This document shows positions 36,443-46,477 of a stretch of DNA of 48,865 nt, piece by piece. The stretch spans positions 1 to 48,865 of the forward strand of contig JBFIML010000034.1 in assembly GCA_041611735.1 (NCBI GenBank), given 5' to 3'. The translations under genes and the position numbers were made by a program. This DNA is from Myxococcota bacterium (lineage in GTDB: Bacteria; Myxococcota_A; UBA9160; PR03). The notes beneath the pieces were generated by a model that was not told where the DNA came from, did no database searches, and saw only the letters and a list, made by a program, of their open reading frames with translations. Numbering within the stretch: the stretch's first letter is position 1; the number at the start of each line of letters is the position of its first letter.

Positions 36443-39316
36443 TCAAGGGGTCCGGCGCAGGGTCACGATCTGCCAGGGATGCAGCGTGAGCCACACCCCG
36501 CCGACGGCGTGTGGGGCGACCGCGACGCGCGGGTCCGGTCGGTCGTCGAGACCGACGGCCTCGAGCCCGCCCGGCAGCGATGCGCCCCAGCGCACGCCCA
36601 CGCGGCGCGCCTGCTCGGAGAGGTTGCACACGCGAAGCGCAATCCCGCCGTCGGGTCGAGGCTCCACGGCGGAAACGACCACGGCGGGATCGTCCACCTC
36701 GACGAGTCGAGCGCCGTCGCGCAGCGGAGCCTCGGACGACCCGGCGCCCGCGAGCGCCAGGGCAGGATCGGCGAAGGCCAGGGCTTCGACCACGTGACGC
36801 GGATCGTCGAGCCGGTGCAGGCGCAGCGAGAACTCCGCCTCGTGGATCCCGGGCACCTGGGCGCCCGGCACCGCAAGCGGGGGTCCGGCAGGATTGGGCC
36901 GCAGCGTCAGGTCGTCCCGGGACAACCAGCCGACCGCGCGCAGGAGCGTCAGGGCGAGGGAGGTGCTCCCGTCCGACTCCGGTCGCGCCTCCACCTCGGC
37001 CACGCCGCGGTTCGCCACCGTGAAGGCGAGACGGCCGTCGTCGAGGCTCGCGAAGCGGCGCTGGGGTCCGCTGCCCACCGGTCGCTCTGCCGGCAACCCG
37101 GGACCGAAGGCATCCGGCGGCGGCGCGATGGGACGTTCGACGATCTCGAAGGCGGACTCCACCCGAAGACGCTGCGCCGCGAACGGAGCCCGCGCATGGA
37201 GCCGCAGGCGGTGATCGCGCACCGTGTTCTCCACCCGCACCCGAACCTCCAGCCGATCGAGCCCCGCCGCGAGACGCAGCTCCAGGCGTGCGGGCACGAT
37301 CCGGCGCCGCCGGCTGCGGGCCCGGCGGCTGGCGGCGAGCGCCTCCGGCACCCGGTAGTGGGCGTCGATGAAGATGCAGCCCTCGACGGGCGACTCCCAC
37401 AGGAGCCCGACCCGCACCCGTCCGGGCCGCTCCACGCAGACGGCGTCGGGCACGGGGTCGAAGTTGTAGGTGTCGCCCCGATCCCCCTCGGAGACCAGGC
37501 GCAGCGCATCCGGGATGCGACGCTCCAGCCGGCGCGCCACCAGGGTGACCCGTCCGCTCCGGCTCACTTCCACGCGCCAGCTCTCGTTCTCGAGCGAGAC
37601 GCTCCCCGAGCGGTCGCGCCGGGCGCGTACCGGATCGTGGGGTGCGGCGGCGCCGGGCGCCACCCGGTAGGCCCGCAACCCGTGGGAGGGAAGCTCGTCC
37701 ACGAAACGGAGCCGCACGCGCGCCGGCCGCTCGATGCGAAAGGCCACGCGGGAAACGGAAGCGCCCGCCAGCTGGGCGTCGACGGCGCTGCGCGCCGCCG
37801 TGGCGTCGAAGCCCGCCACCGGCGCGGGCCCCACGCGGATCACCAGCTCCGGCTGCTCCGGACCGCCCGCCAGGTCGATTCCCGTCACCGGATGGCCGGA
37901 GATCTCGCCGCGCGTGGACGCCACGAGCCGCCGCACCCACGCCCGTGGCAGGATGCCCCGGGCCAGGGTCTCGCCAGCCTCGGCCGACTCGGCGTGCACG
38001 GCGATGGCGCGGCCCCGGGCGTCGCGCAGGTGGAATTCCGGCAGCCCCCGCGTGGACCCCGTCTCGGGCAGGTCGAGCGCCAGCAGCGCCTCCACCAGAA
38101 CCAGCCCCCCCGCGTTGGGATTCCAGACCGTGAAGGCGGCGCCGTCCCCGCTGCGGCGTGGCGGCGGGGCCAGGCGGCCGGCAAGCTCGGTCCCGACGCG
38201 CTCCAGGTGGGCCGTGGCGATCTCCTCCACGCGCCGGTAGCGCACGTCCATCCCGTCGTGCACCGGGTCGATGGAGCAGCCACACACCGAATCGTGGGGG
38301 TGGTTCTCCAGGGCCAGGCCCCAGGCGAACTCGATCCAAGCCGGCCCTGCGTCACCGCCCAGGGCAGCGAGCCAGGCGGCCAGCGGCTCGAGCCAGCGCA
38401 CGAGCAGACGGTCGTTGCGGAACTCGCTGCGCTTCTGCGGCGCCCGCGCCGACGCGCAGCCCGGAAGCAGCGGCGCGCGCAGGGCGGAGCGCAGCTCGCC
38501 CCGGTGCACCGGCAGATCCGGACCGGCCTCGCTGCGAGCCCGGCGCAGGAAGTCGGCCAGGCTGCCGATCTCGCCGGTGGTTTCCGGAAGCAGCGCCAGC
38601 GCCGCCTCGAGGGCGGCCGGCAGCCCCAGGCAGGGCACCGCATGATCGGCGCCGTTCAGGATCAGGAGGGTCGGGAGGCGCGAGAAGGGCGCCAGCGCTT
38701 CGATCTCCTGGCGCAGCCGCTCGGCCAGCGCCTGCGGCTCCTCCGGCAGGTCCCCACCGTGGGCGTAGCCGCAGGGCAGGTACACCGTGGGCAGCCGCGT
38801 TCCGTCGGGCGCCTCCCAGGCGAACAGCGTGGTGGCGACGTTCTCGCCGACGCCCCGCCACAGCACGGCGCCCTCCAGCCCGAAGCCCGCCAGGAGCTGG
38901 GGAAGCTGGCCCACGTGCCCGAACGGATCCGGAACGTAGGCGACCGGCAGCCCGCCGCCGAGGGCGCTGGCCCGGCGCCGCCCCTCGCGCAGATTCCGGA
39001 TCAGGGCCTCGCCGGAAACCAGCCATTGGTCCGGCAGCACGTGCCACGGACCCACGGCCAGGCGTCCCTCGCGCGCCAGCTTCGCCACCCGCTCGCGGGC
39101 CTGCGGGCGCACCTCGAAGTAGTCCTCCAGGAGGATGGTCTGCCCATCCAGCAGGAAGTGGCGGAAGGCCGCGTCCGCCTCGAGGCCGTCCAGGAGGACG
39201 TCGAGCAGCGCCACCAGCCGGTACCGGAACTGTTCGTGGGTGCGGTACCACTCGCGGTCCCAGTGGGTATGGGGCACGACGACCAGGTGCCAGGGGGGGC
39301 CGCCCATGGCGGCCAT
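36443..39316 (-). CDS. GH38 alpha-mannosidase (MngB-like)
   Basis: PHTHWDREWY, FLLDGQ, PDPFGH, NGADH, HPHDSVCGCSID. Confidence 0.92.
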   Translation of the reverse strand: MAAMGGPPWHLVVVPHTHWDREWYRTHEQFRYRLVALLDVLLDGLEADAAFRHFLLDGQTILLEDYFEVRPQARERVAKLAREGRLAVGPWHVLPDQWLVSGEALIRNLREGRRRASALGGGLPVAYVPDPFGHVGQLPQLLAGFGLEGAVLWRGVGENVATTLFAWEAPDGTRLPTVYLPCGYAHGGDLPEEPQALAERLRQEIEALAPFSRLPTLLILNGADHAVPCLGLPAALEAALALLPETTGEIGSLADFLRRARSEAGPDLPVHRGELRSALRAPLLPGCASARAPQKRSEFRNDRLLVRWLEPLAAWLAALGGDAGPAWIEFAWGLALENHPHDSVCGCSIDPVHDGMDVRYRRVEEIATAHLERVGTELAGRLAPPPRRSGDGAAFTVWNPNAGGLVLVEALLALDLPETGSTRGLPEFHLRDARGRAIAVHAESAEAGETLARGILPRAWVRRLVASTRGEISGHPVTGIDLAGGPEQPELVIRVGPAPVAGFDATAARSAVDAQLAGASVSRVAFRIERPARVRLRFVDELPSHGLRAYRVAPGAAAPHDPVRARRDRSGSVSLENESWRVEVSRSGRVTLVARRLERRIPDALRLVSEGDRGDTYNFDPVPDAVCVERPGRVRVGLLWESPVEGCIFIDAHYRVPEALAASRRARSRRRRIVPARLELRLAAGLDRLEVRVRVENTVRDHRLRLHARAPFAAQRLRVESAFEIVERPIAPPPDAFGPGLPAERPVGSGPQRRFASLDDGRLAFTVANRGVAEVEARPESDGSTSLALTLLRAVGWLSRDDLTLRPNPAGPPLAVPGAQVPGIHEAEFSLRLHRLDDPRHVVEALAFADPALALAGAGSSEAPLRDGARLVEVDDPAVVVSAVEPRPDGGIALRVCNLSEQARRVGVRWGASLPGGLEAVGLDDRPDPRVAVAPHAVGGVWLTLHPWQIVTLRRTP

Positions 39317-39333
39317 GCTATCCCCGGCGCCCA

Positions 39334-39768
39334 TCACACGTCGAGCGTGACGTGCACCTCCCAGCCGCCGTCGAGCGCAGCCACGCGCAGCCCATGGGCA
39401 GTCACCGCCTTCACGTCGCCCTCGAGTCGGTGGCGCCCGGCGTCCATCGGCTCGCCCACCAGCTCTCCCTCGAGGCGCGCGCGCCCGTCGGCGAGTACCC
39501 GCAGGCGCCCGACGCGCAGCAGCAGGCCCTGCGCGTCGCGGCGGAAGACCAGCTCGCTCAGGAAGGCGAGCAGCAGCAGCTCGAGGTCGTCGTCCTCCAG
39601 GCGGATCGGCAAAGTGACGCGGCCCTCCACCGCCTCGGGCCGAGCCACGGTGGCAGCGAGCAGCGCCTCGGCGGCGGCGGCGAACGCCTGCTCCAGGGTC
39701 TCTCCCCGGGCCACGAAGGAGAGGTCGCTGGTCACGGCGTCCACGAACTCGTAGTGACGCGGGTCCAC
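39334..39768 (-). CDS. Archease
   Basis: HYEFVDAVTSD...GETLEQAF...FLSELVF...DVKAVTAH...TLDV; directly downstream of rtcB. Confidence 0.9.
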   Translation of the reverse strand: MDPRHYEFVDAVTSDLSFVARGETLEQAFAAAAEALLAATVARPEAVEGRVTLPIRLEDDDLELLLLAFLSELVFRRDAQGLLLRVGRLRVLADGRARLEGELVGEPMDAGRHRLEGDVKAVTAHGLRVAALDGGWEVHVTLDV

Positions 39769-39779
39769 GCGCGGCCCGC

Positions 39780-41237
39780 TCAGCCCTTGACGTTGCCGAC
39801 GGGCTGCAGGTGCACCACGCGCCGGGAGAGCCCCGCGATCTCCGCCGCCTCGGCCACCTCGTCCACGCTCTTGTAGGCGAAGCCCGCTTCCTCGGCGAGG
39901 CCGCGCCAGGAGGCGCCCCGCACGTAGATCCCGCGCTCCTGCATGCGCTTCTGGAGCGTCTCGCCACGGATGCGCTTGCGTGCCTGGGTGCGACTCATGG
40001 TGCGGCCGCTGCCATGGGCGGTGCTGTAGAAGCTCTGGGCGCCGGTCTCGGCCCCCACCAGCAGATAGGATCCGGTCTCCATGCTGCCGCCGAGGATCAC
40101 GGGTTGTCCCCAGCGCCGATAGGCCTCGGGCAGCTCCGGATGGCCGGGCGGGAAGGCGCGGGTCGCGCCCTTGCGGTGGACCAGCAGGGTGCGCTCCCGT
40201 CCCCCCGTCCGGTGGCTCTCGAGCTTGGCGATGTTGTGCGCCACGTCGTAGATCTGCACCAGACCGAGCTCGTCGGGCTCGCGACCCAGCACGCGGGAGA
40301 ACACCTCGCGGATGCGGTGCAGGATCACCTGCCGGTTGACGAACGACATGTTCGCGGCGCAGTTCATGGCCTTGAAGTAGCGCTGGCCCTCCTCGGAATG
40401 GAACGGGGCGCAGGCCAGCTCCCGGTCGATGACCTCGAGGCCGAACTTCTTCGGCATCGCGCGCAGGAAGACCTGCAGGGAGTCGGTGGCCACCTGGTGG
40501 CCGAAGCCACGGCTGCCACAGTGGAACATGATCGCCACCTGGCCCGGCCGGTGGAGGCCGAAGGCCCCCGCCAGCTCCTTGTGGAAGATGCCCCCCTCCG
40601 GCACCACCTGGATCTCCAGGTAGTGGTTGCCCGAGCCGAGCGTGCCGATCTGGTTGTAGCCGCGCTCGATGGCCCGTTCGCTCACGCAGTCGGGATCGGC
40701 GTCGGGCAGGCAGCCGCCCGCCTCGGTGGCGGCCAGGTCCGCGGGCAGGCCGAGGCCGTTGCGCACGCACCAGCGCGCCCCTTCCCGCAGCACGTCCCGG
40801 AACTCGTCGCGATCCACCCGCACGAAGCCCCGGCGTCCGGTTCCCGCCGGCACCCGGTGCGCGAGCGCATCCACCAGGTTGCGCAGGTGCGGTGCGACCT
40901 CGTCCCACAGCAGGTTGGTACGCACCAGGCGCATGCCGCAGTTGATGTCGAACCCGATGCCGCCCGGCGAGATCACGCCGTGCCGCGGGTCCATGGCGGC
41001 CACGCCCCCGATCGGGAAGCCGTACCCCCAGTGGGCGTCCGGCATGCAGAAGCTGGCCTCCACGATGCCGGGCAGGGTCGCCACGTTGGCGGCCTGCTGG
41101 AGCACCTGCTCGTCCATGGACTCGAGCAGGCCCTTGGTGGCGTAGACGCGCACCGGAACCCGCATGCCCGGGCGGTGCTCCGGGCCGAACTCCCAGAGGG
41201 CGGGTGCCACGGGGCGCAGGTGTTCGGAGAGCGCCAT
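39780..41237 (-). CDS. rtcB: RtcB RNA ligase (archaeal/eukaryote-like subtype)
   Basis: MPDAHWGYGFPIGG, GFDINCG, GSGNHYLE, HCGSRG, DVAHN, HRKGAT, STAHGSGR. Confidence 0.95.
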   Translation of the reverse strand: MALSEHLRPVAPALWEFGPEHRPGMRVPVRVYATKGLLESMDEQVLQQAANVATLPGIVEASFCMPDAHWGYGFPIGGVAAMDPRHGVISPGGIGFDINCGMRLVRTNLLWDEVAPHLRNLVDALAHRVPAGTGRRGFVRVDRDEFRDVLREGARWCVRNGLGLPADLAATEAGGCLPDADPDCVSERAIERGYNQIGTLGSGNHYLEIQVVPEGGIFHKELAGAFGLHRPGQVAIMFHCGSRGFGHQVATDSLQVFLRAMPKKFGLEVIDRELACAPFHSEEGQRYFKAMNCAANMSFVNRQVILHRIREVFSRVLGREPDELGLVQIYDVAHNIAKLESHRTGGRERTLLVHRKGATRAFPPGHPELPEAYRRWGQPVILGGSMETGSYLLVGAETGAQSFYSTAHGSGRTMSRTQARKRIRGETLQKRMQERGIYVRGASWRGLAEEAGFAYKSVDEVAEAAEIAGLSRRVVHLQPVGNVKG

Positions 41238-41325
41238 GGATTCCTCGCGGAGCGCCGCTGCGGCCCATTCCGAGCTTAGGTCCGCACGGGCCTGCTGCGC
41301 TAGGCTTTTCCCGAGGAGCTCGCCC

Positions 41326-42501
41326 ATGGACCTCAGCTTCTCTCCCGAGCACCAGCGCTTCCGCGCCGAAGTGCGCGGCTGGCTGGCTGCCCACCTGGAG
41401 CGTCCCTGGATCGAGGAGCTGCGCGACCCCGCCAACGGCCCCGACGAGCTGTTCGAGATCCGCCGCCGCTGGCAGGCCCGCCTGCACGCGGCGGGCTACC
41501 TGGGCATGGACTGGCCGGAGGCCTGGGGCGGACGGGGCGCCACGGCGGTGGAGAAGGCCATCCTGGCCGAGGAGCTGTTCCGGACCGACGCCCCGCCCAT
41601 CCCCAACGTGCTGGGCATCTCGCTGCTCGGCCCGGCCCTGATCCACCACGGCAGCGAGGAGCAGCGCCAGCGCTTCCTGCCGAAGATGCTGGCCGCAGAG
41701 GAGATCTGGTGCCAGGGCTTCAGCGAGCCCGACGCGGGCAGCGACCTCGCCGCGCTGCGCACTCGCGCGGAGCCGGACGGCGAGCATTTCCGGCTCACCG
41801 GCCAGAAGGTCTGGACCACCTTCGGACCCTGGGCGGACTGGATCTTCGCCCTGGCCCGAACGGACCCGAAGGACCGCCACGGCGGGATCACGTTCTTCCT
41901 GGTGCCGCTGCACCAGGACGGCATCGAGGTGCGGCCGATCCGCCAGGTCACCGGGGAGGGCGAGTTCGGGGAGGTCTTCTTCGACGGCGCGCTCGCCCGC
42001 CGGGAGCACGTGGTCGGCCAGCTCGGCGAGGGCTGGCGCATCGCCATGACGGTGCTCGCCTACGAGCGGGGTGCCATGTCCCTGGCCTACCCCGCCCAGT
42101 ACGACCGCTACCTGGCGGACCTGGTGGACGGCGTGCGCGCCAACGGCACCTTCGAGCGGCCCGACGTGCGCGAGACGCTTGCGCGTCTGGTGGTGGAGAA
42201 CGAAGTGCTGCGCGCCAACGGCCTGCGCAACCTGGCCACCCTGGCGAGCGGACGCGCCCCGGGCCCCGAAGCCTCCACCGAGAAGATCTTCTGGTCCGAG
42301 TACGCACGCCGCCTGAGCGATGCGGCGTTGGACCTGCTCGGACCGGAGGCCCAGCTGCGTTGCCGCTCGCCCCATGCGCGGCCGCACATGGACTGGGCGT
42401 ACGAGGCCTTGTGGAGCCGGGCCGGGACCATCTACGCCGGCTCCTCCGAGATCCAACGCAACATCATCGCAAAACGCGTGTTGAAGCTCCCCACCGACTG
42501 A
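41326..42501 (+). CDS. Acyl-CoA dehydrogenase
   Basis: WCQGFSEPDAGSDLA, GQKVWT, EVFFD, IYAGSSEIQRNII. Confidence 0.95.
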   Translation: MDLSFSPEHQRFRAEVRGWLAAHLERPWIEELRDPANGPDELFEIRRRWQARLHAAGYLGMDWPEAWGGRGATAVEKAILAEELFRTDAPPIPNVLGISLLGPALIHHGSEEQRQRFLPKMLAAEEIWCQGFSEPDAGSDLAALRTRAEPDGEHFRLTGQKVWTTFGPWADWIFALARTDPKDRHGGITFFLVPLHQDGIEVRPIRQVTGEGEFGEVFFDGALARREHVVGQLGEGWRIAMTVLAYERGAMSLAYPAQYDRYLADLVDGVRANGTFERPDVRETLARLVVENEVLRANGLRNLATLASGRAPGPEASTEKIFWSEYARRLSDAALDLLGPEAQLRCRSPHARPHMDWAYEALWSRAGTIYAGSSEIQRNIIAKRVLKLPTD

Positions 42502-42531
42502 CGGCCTCCCACGCCAACGGAAGCGCACCCC

Positions 42532-43614
42532 ATGCAATTCGACCTCGACGAGGATCGCGCGCTGCTCAAGAGCTCGACCCGGGAGCTGCTCGACAAGGAG
42601 AGCGCACTCTCCGACGCGCGCCGGGTGATGGAGGAGGAGCCCGAGGGCTTTTCGCGCGCCTTCCACGGCCAGCTCGGGCAGCTCGGCTACCTGGGCCTCG
42701 CCGTGCCCGAGGCGGAGGGCGGCTCCGGGGCCGGCCCGCTGGGGCTCGTGGCGGTGCTCCACGAGATGGGCCGGGTGGCCCTGCCGGGACCGTACCTGGA
42801 CCTGGTGTGCGCGGGCGAGGCATTGCGTCGCGCGGAGAACGAGGAAGCCGCCCGTTGGCTGGCGGCGCTGGTGGCCGGGGAGAAGCTGGTGCTGCCGGCC
42901 GAGCGGGAGAGCGCCGAGGGCGTGGTGCCCCTCCCGCCCCGGACGCGCTTCGCCCGGGGCCGCGTGAAGGGGCGCAAGAGCTTCGTCCCCTACGGCGCCA
43001 GCGCCGACGCCCTGCTGGTCACCTGCGTCGAGGGCCTCGCCCTGGTGCCGCGTCCCGAGGCGGGCTGGTCCAGCAGGCCGCTGGAGACCCTGGACCACGC
43101 CCAGCGCTTCGTGGAGATGGAGCTCGACGCCCCGGGCGTGCTGGTGGCGGAGGAGCCGCGCAGCGACGCGGTGCTCGCGGCGGCCTCCCGCCTGGGCTGC
43201 CTGGGCGCCGCTGCCCTCTTGCTGGGCCTCGCCGAGCGCTGTCTCGAGCTCAGCGTGGGCTACCTGACAGAGCGCAAGGCGTTCGGCGTCCCGATCGGGA
43301 GCCTCCAGGCCCTCCAGCACCGGGCCGCGGACATGCTGCTGCGCGTGGAGAGCACGCGCTCGGCCGTCTACCGGGCCGCCTGGAGCGAGGAGCACGACCC
43401 GGATCGGGCCCCGTACCTGGTGGCCGTGGCCAAGGTCTACGCCGGCGAGTCGGCCCGGCTCGTGTGCGGCGAGACGATCCAGCTGTTCGGCGGCGTGGGC
43501 TTCACCTGGGAGTACGACCCGCACATCTACTACAAGCGGGTGAAGACGCTGGAGCAGCGCTACGGCCGGACCCGGGACGCCCTCGAGATCGCCCTGGCTC
43601 ACTCCGGCCTGTGA
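42532..43614 (+). CDS. Acyl-CoA dehydrogenase-like partner subunit
   Basis: RKAFGVPIGSLQALQH, IQLFGGVGFTWE; degenerate N-terminal FAD motif. Confidence 0.92.
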   Translation: MQFDLDEDRALLKSSTRELLDKESALSDARRVMEEEPEGFSRAFHGQLGQLGYLGLAVPEAEGGSGAGPLGLVAVLHEMGRVALPGPYLDLVCAGEALRRAENEEAARWLAALVAGEKLVLPAERESAEGVVPLPPRTRFARGRVKGRKSFVPYGASADALLVTCVEGLALVPRPEAGWSSRPLETLDHAQRFVEMELDAPGVLVAEEPRSDAVLAAASRLGCLGAAALLLGLAERCLELSVGYLTERKAFGVPIGSLQALQHRAADMLLRVESTRSAVYRAAWSEEHDPDRAPYLVAVAKVYAGESARLVCGETIQLFGGVGFTWEYDPHIYYKRVKTLEQRYGRTRDALEIALAHSGL

Positions 43615-45011
43615 GCGGTCCGGGCCCCGGCCTCGAGGCGTGCGACGCGCAGGACCGGGTCGGGGCAGGCTGCCTGCTCCGCCAGGCGCAGTCCCCGGGT
43701 GACGGGCGGCGCCTCCTCCGCCGCGTCGTGCAGCCAGACGACGGGGCCCGGCGGCAGCGCCCCGGGCCGCGCGAAGAACTCCTCGGTCCAGGTGAGCTCG
43801 CGGATTCGCGTGGCGCGCAGCCGATAGGCGAGCTCTCCGGAGATGGGGGCGGGCACGACCAGCGTGGGACGGCCGGGGCCGTCGATCCAGGCGGCCAGAC
43901 ACGCGAGGCCGGCTTGGGCGGTCTGGCGACGCGCCCGCTGCTCCGCCCCGAGCGACGCCAGATGGGTCAGGTTGCCCAGGTAGCCGCCCAGGGCCAGCAG
44001 CACGAGCGCGGCGCCGGCGCCTCGCAAGCCCGGCGAGAGGGGCCGGGGCGCGGCGCGCACCAGGGCCCACAGACCCACTGCGGCCAGCAGGGTCCCCAGC
44101 ACCAGGTCCGGCACGAAGAAGCGATGGAAGACGGAGCGGCCGGTCAGGGCGAGCCCAGCCAGGATCCCGTGATGGCCGGCCAGTGCGAGGACGAGCACCC
44201 GGGAGGAGCGCCGGAGGCCGAGAGCCAGCGCCCCCACACCGGCCAGGAGCAGGAGCGCCTCGCTGGCGTGGGTGAGCCACGCCGCGCGCAGCCAGACCAG
44301 GGTCTCCAGGACTCCGAAGGGACGCGGGGGACGCGCCCGGTCGTAGCGCTCCGCGGCCGACAGCATGCCGAGCCACTCCCCGTTGGCGACCCGATCGGTC
44401 AGGACCCACAGCAGCGCCGCACTCGCCAGCAGGGCGCCCTGGGCCAGGAGCTCGCGCACGCGCCGGCCGGCGGGCGCGAGGCCCGGCTCCGCGGCGCCGA
44501 GCAGGGCGGCCAGCAGGGCCCCGTCGGGCCGTGAGAGCGCCACCAGCAGGAGCGCCAGGCGGCGCCCGCGCGTGGACCCCGCGAGGTGCCGCTCCACCCA
44601 TCCCGTCAGCGCCACGGCGAGGGTCGTCACCGAGTTGAAGGCGAGCCCGTGCTCCAGGACCAGCGGGCTTGCCAGGGCGAGCAAGCCCACGCCGACGGCG
44701 GCGGCGCTGGCGCCGGGCAACAGGCACAGCGCGATCCGGGTGGCGAGGGTGGCCAGCAGGCCCAGGTGCAGGGCGCCCAGCACCCGCCAGGCCACCAGGG
44801 GGTCGAGTGGCGCAGCGGCGACGCTCCAGGCCAGCCAGATCTCCAGGGGCTTGCTGACCGTCGCGGCGGACACCGGTGCGAGGGCCTGGGCGAGGCGCGA
44901 CCAGCCGTCGTTGTCCGGCGCGACGCCGAGCCAGCTGCCGACCCCCATGGCCAGCCCGAAGCCCGCGGCGCCGACGGCCAGGGAGACGAGTGCGGGCCGC
45001 CCCGCGCTCAC
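43599..45011 (-). CDS. Polytopic membrane protein, probable GT-C glycosyltransferase
   Basis: Many TM segments, PDND acidic loop after TM1, LSRPDG; GTGA overlap with the GT2 gene. Confidence 0.6.
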   Translation of the reverse strand: MSAGRPALVSLAVGAAGFGLAMGVGSWLGVAPDNDGWSRLAQALAPVSAATVSKPLEIWLAWSVAAAPLDPLVAWRVLGALHLGLLATLATRIALCLLPGASAAAVGVGLLALASPLVLEHGLAFNSVTTLAVALTGWVERHLAGSTRGRRLALLLVALSRPDGALLAALLGAAEPGLAPAGRRVRELLAQGALLASAALLWVLTDRVANGEWLGMLSAAERYDRARPPRPFGVLETLVWLRAAWLTHASEALLLLAGVGALALGLRRSSRVLVLALAGHHGILAGLALTGRSVFHRFFVPDLVLGTLLAAVGLWALVRAAPRPLSPGLRGAGAALVLLALGGYLGNLTHLASLGAEQRARRQTAQAGLACLAAWIDGPGRPTLVVPAPISGELAYRLRATRIRELTWTEEFFARPGALPPGPVVWLHDAAEEAPPVTRGLRLAEQAACPDPVLRVARLEAGARTAHRPE

Positions 45012-46429
45012 GCGCCGCGGTGTCGGGCCACCGCCACCAGCGACGTCCCCGGCCACGGCAGCAGCCCGTCGAGGATGCGCAGGAGCGGCGTTCCCCAGTC
45101 CACGGCCTTGAGCTGCAGCTTGCTGAAGTGACGCCGCCCCAGCACCCGGCCGTTCCACCACCAGCCCGGCACGGTGGCGCGGTTGAAGTCGAGCAACGCC
45201 TCCATGGCGAAGCCGTTGCGTTCCAGGGCCGCGCCCAGGGACGCGCGCGTATAGCGACGTTCGTGGCCGAGGGCCGCGTCCAGGCTGTTGAAGCGCTCCG
45301 GACCCTGGGGCACCAGCAGGATGGCGCGCCCCCCCGGCCGCAGCGCGGCGCGCAGGTTGCGCAGCGCTGCGTCCTCGTCGGGCAGGTGTTCGAGGACGTT
45401 CAGGCAGATGACCGTGTCGTAGTCCCCGAGCAGCTTGCAGAAGTCGTCGAATTCGGTCACGTCCACCCGGGCCACGTCCATGTAGGGCTTGCCGCGCGCA
45501 TGGTTGGCCAGGTAGTCCAGGTAGTGCGGATTCACGTCCGAGACGGTGTAGCGTTCCCGGGGCGTCAGGCTGCGGGTCAAGTTGCCGAGCCCGGCCCCGA
45601 TCTCCAGCACCCGCTCGCCCACCCACGGCCGGATCGTGTCCGCCATCCAGCGGTTGAAGCGCGGCACCGCCGCCATGGAGGTGAGGATGTTCGAGCCGTA
45701 CTCGTCCTCGGCGTAGAGGTCGTCGATCACCCCGAAGCGGAGCATCGCGGTCACGGCCCGGATGGCGTCGCGCCAGCCGATCTTCTTGCCCTCTTCGTAG
45801 GTGCGTCCCGCATAGCGCACGGGCACCTCGAAGATGCGCGCGCCTCGTTTGGCCAGCTTGAGGGTGAGCTCCGGCTCGATGCGGAAGTCGTCGCTGCGGA
45901 TCGGGATCGATTGCAGGAGCCGGGTGCGCACCGCCTTGTAGCAGGTCTCCATGTCGGTCAGGTTGAGATCCGTGAATAGATTGCACAGGAAGGTGAGCAG
46001 CCGGTTCCCCAGGGTGTGGCGGAAGTAGAGCACGCGCCGGTAGTCGCTCGGCAGGAAGCGCGAGCCGAAGACTGCGTCGGCGCCCTCGGCCACGAAGGGC
46101 AGCAACAGGCGCGGGAGGTCGCGCGGGTCGTACTCGAGGTCGGCGTCCTGGACGACGGTGACCCAGCCGCGCGCGCGCGCGACCCCGCTGCGCACCGCGG
46201 CGCCCTTGCCACGGTTGCTCGTATGCTTCACCAGGACGATGCGCCGGGGGTCGCTGCGGGCCAGCTCGCGGAGCACCGCGCCGGTCCCGTCCGTGGAGCC
46301 GTCGTCCACCAGGACCAGCTCGAGCCGGGCCAGCAGCGGGCTCTCCACCGCCAGCAGGCGCCGCACCGCCTCGGCCACGAGGTGGCGCTCGTTGTAGACG
46401 GGCATCACCACGGAGAGGTGGACGGCCAT
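45008..46429 (-). CDS. GT2 polyprenol-phosphate glycosyltransferase (DPM1-like) fused to a class I SAM methyltransferase
   Basis: MPVYNE, DDGSTDGT, QDADLEYDP, TDMETCYK; C-terminal LEIGAGLG and NVLEH. Confidence 0.92.
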   Translation of the reverse strand: MAVHLSVVMPVYNERHLVAEAVRRLLAVESPLLARLELVLVDDGSTDGTGAVLRELARSDPRRIVLVKHTSNRGKGAAVRSGVARARGWVTVVQDADLEYDPRDLPRLLLPFVAEGADAVFGSRFLPSDYRRVLYFRHTLGNRLLTFLCNLFTDLNLTDMETCYKAVRTRLLQSIPIRSDDFRIEPELTLKLAKRGARIFEVPVRYAGRTYEEGKKIGWRDAIRAVTAMLRFGVIDDLYAEDEYGSNILTSMAAVPRFNRWMADTIRPWVGERVLEIGAGLGNLTRSLTPRERYTVSDVNPHYLDYLANHARGKPYMDVARVDVTEFDDFCKLLGDYDTVICLNVLEHLPDEDAALRNLRAALRPGGRAILLVPQGPERFNSLDAALGHERRYTRASLGAALERNGFAMEALLDFNRATVPGWWWNGRVLGRRHFSKLQLKAVDWGTPLLRILDGLLPWPGTSLVAVARHRGA

Positions 46430-46477
46430 GGTCGATCCTCCGGAGGTCCGCTTGCGGGAAAACCCCGACCCTCTCCG

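Noticed and set aside
39334-44727. 1797-aa ORF and other very long ORFs (e.g. 28832-33496, 26359-29865, 36383-39754, 22260-25376)
   Set aside because: These are GC-rich shadow frames. In some, only the 3' part is a real gene with its own start (archease, ligase-TPR, GT4); the rest overlaps genuine genes in other frames or on the other strand.
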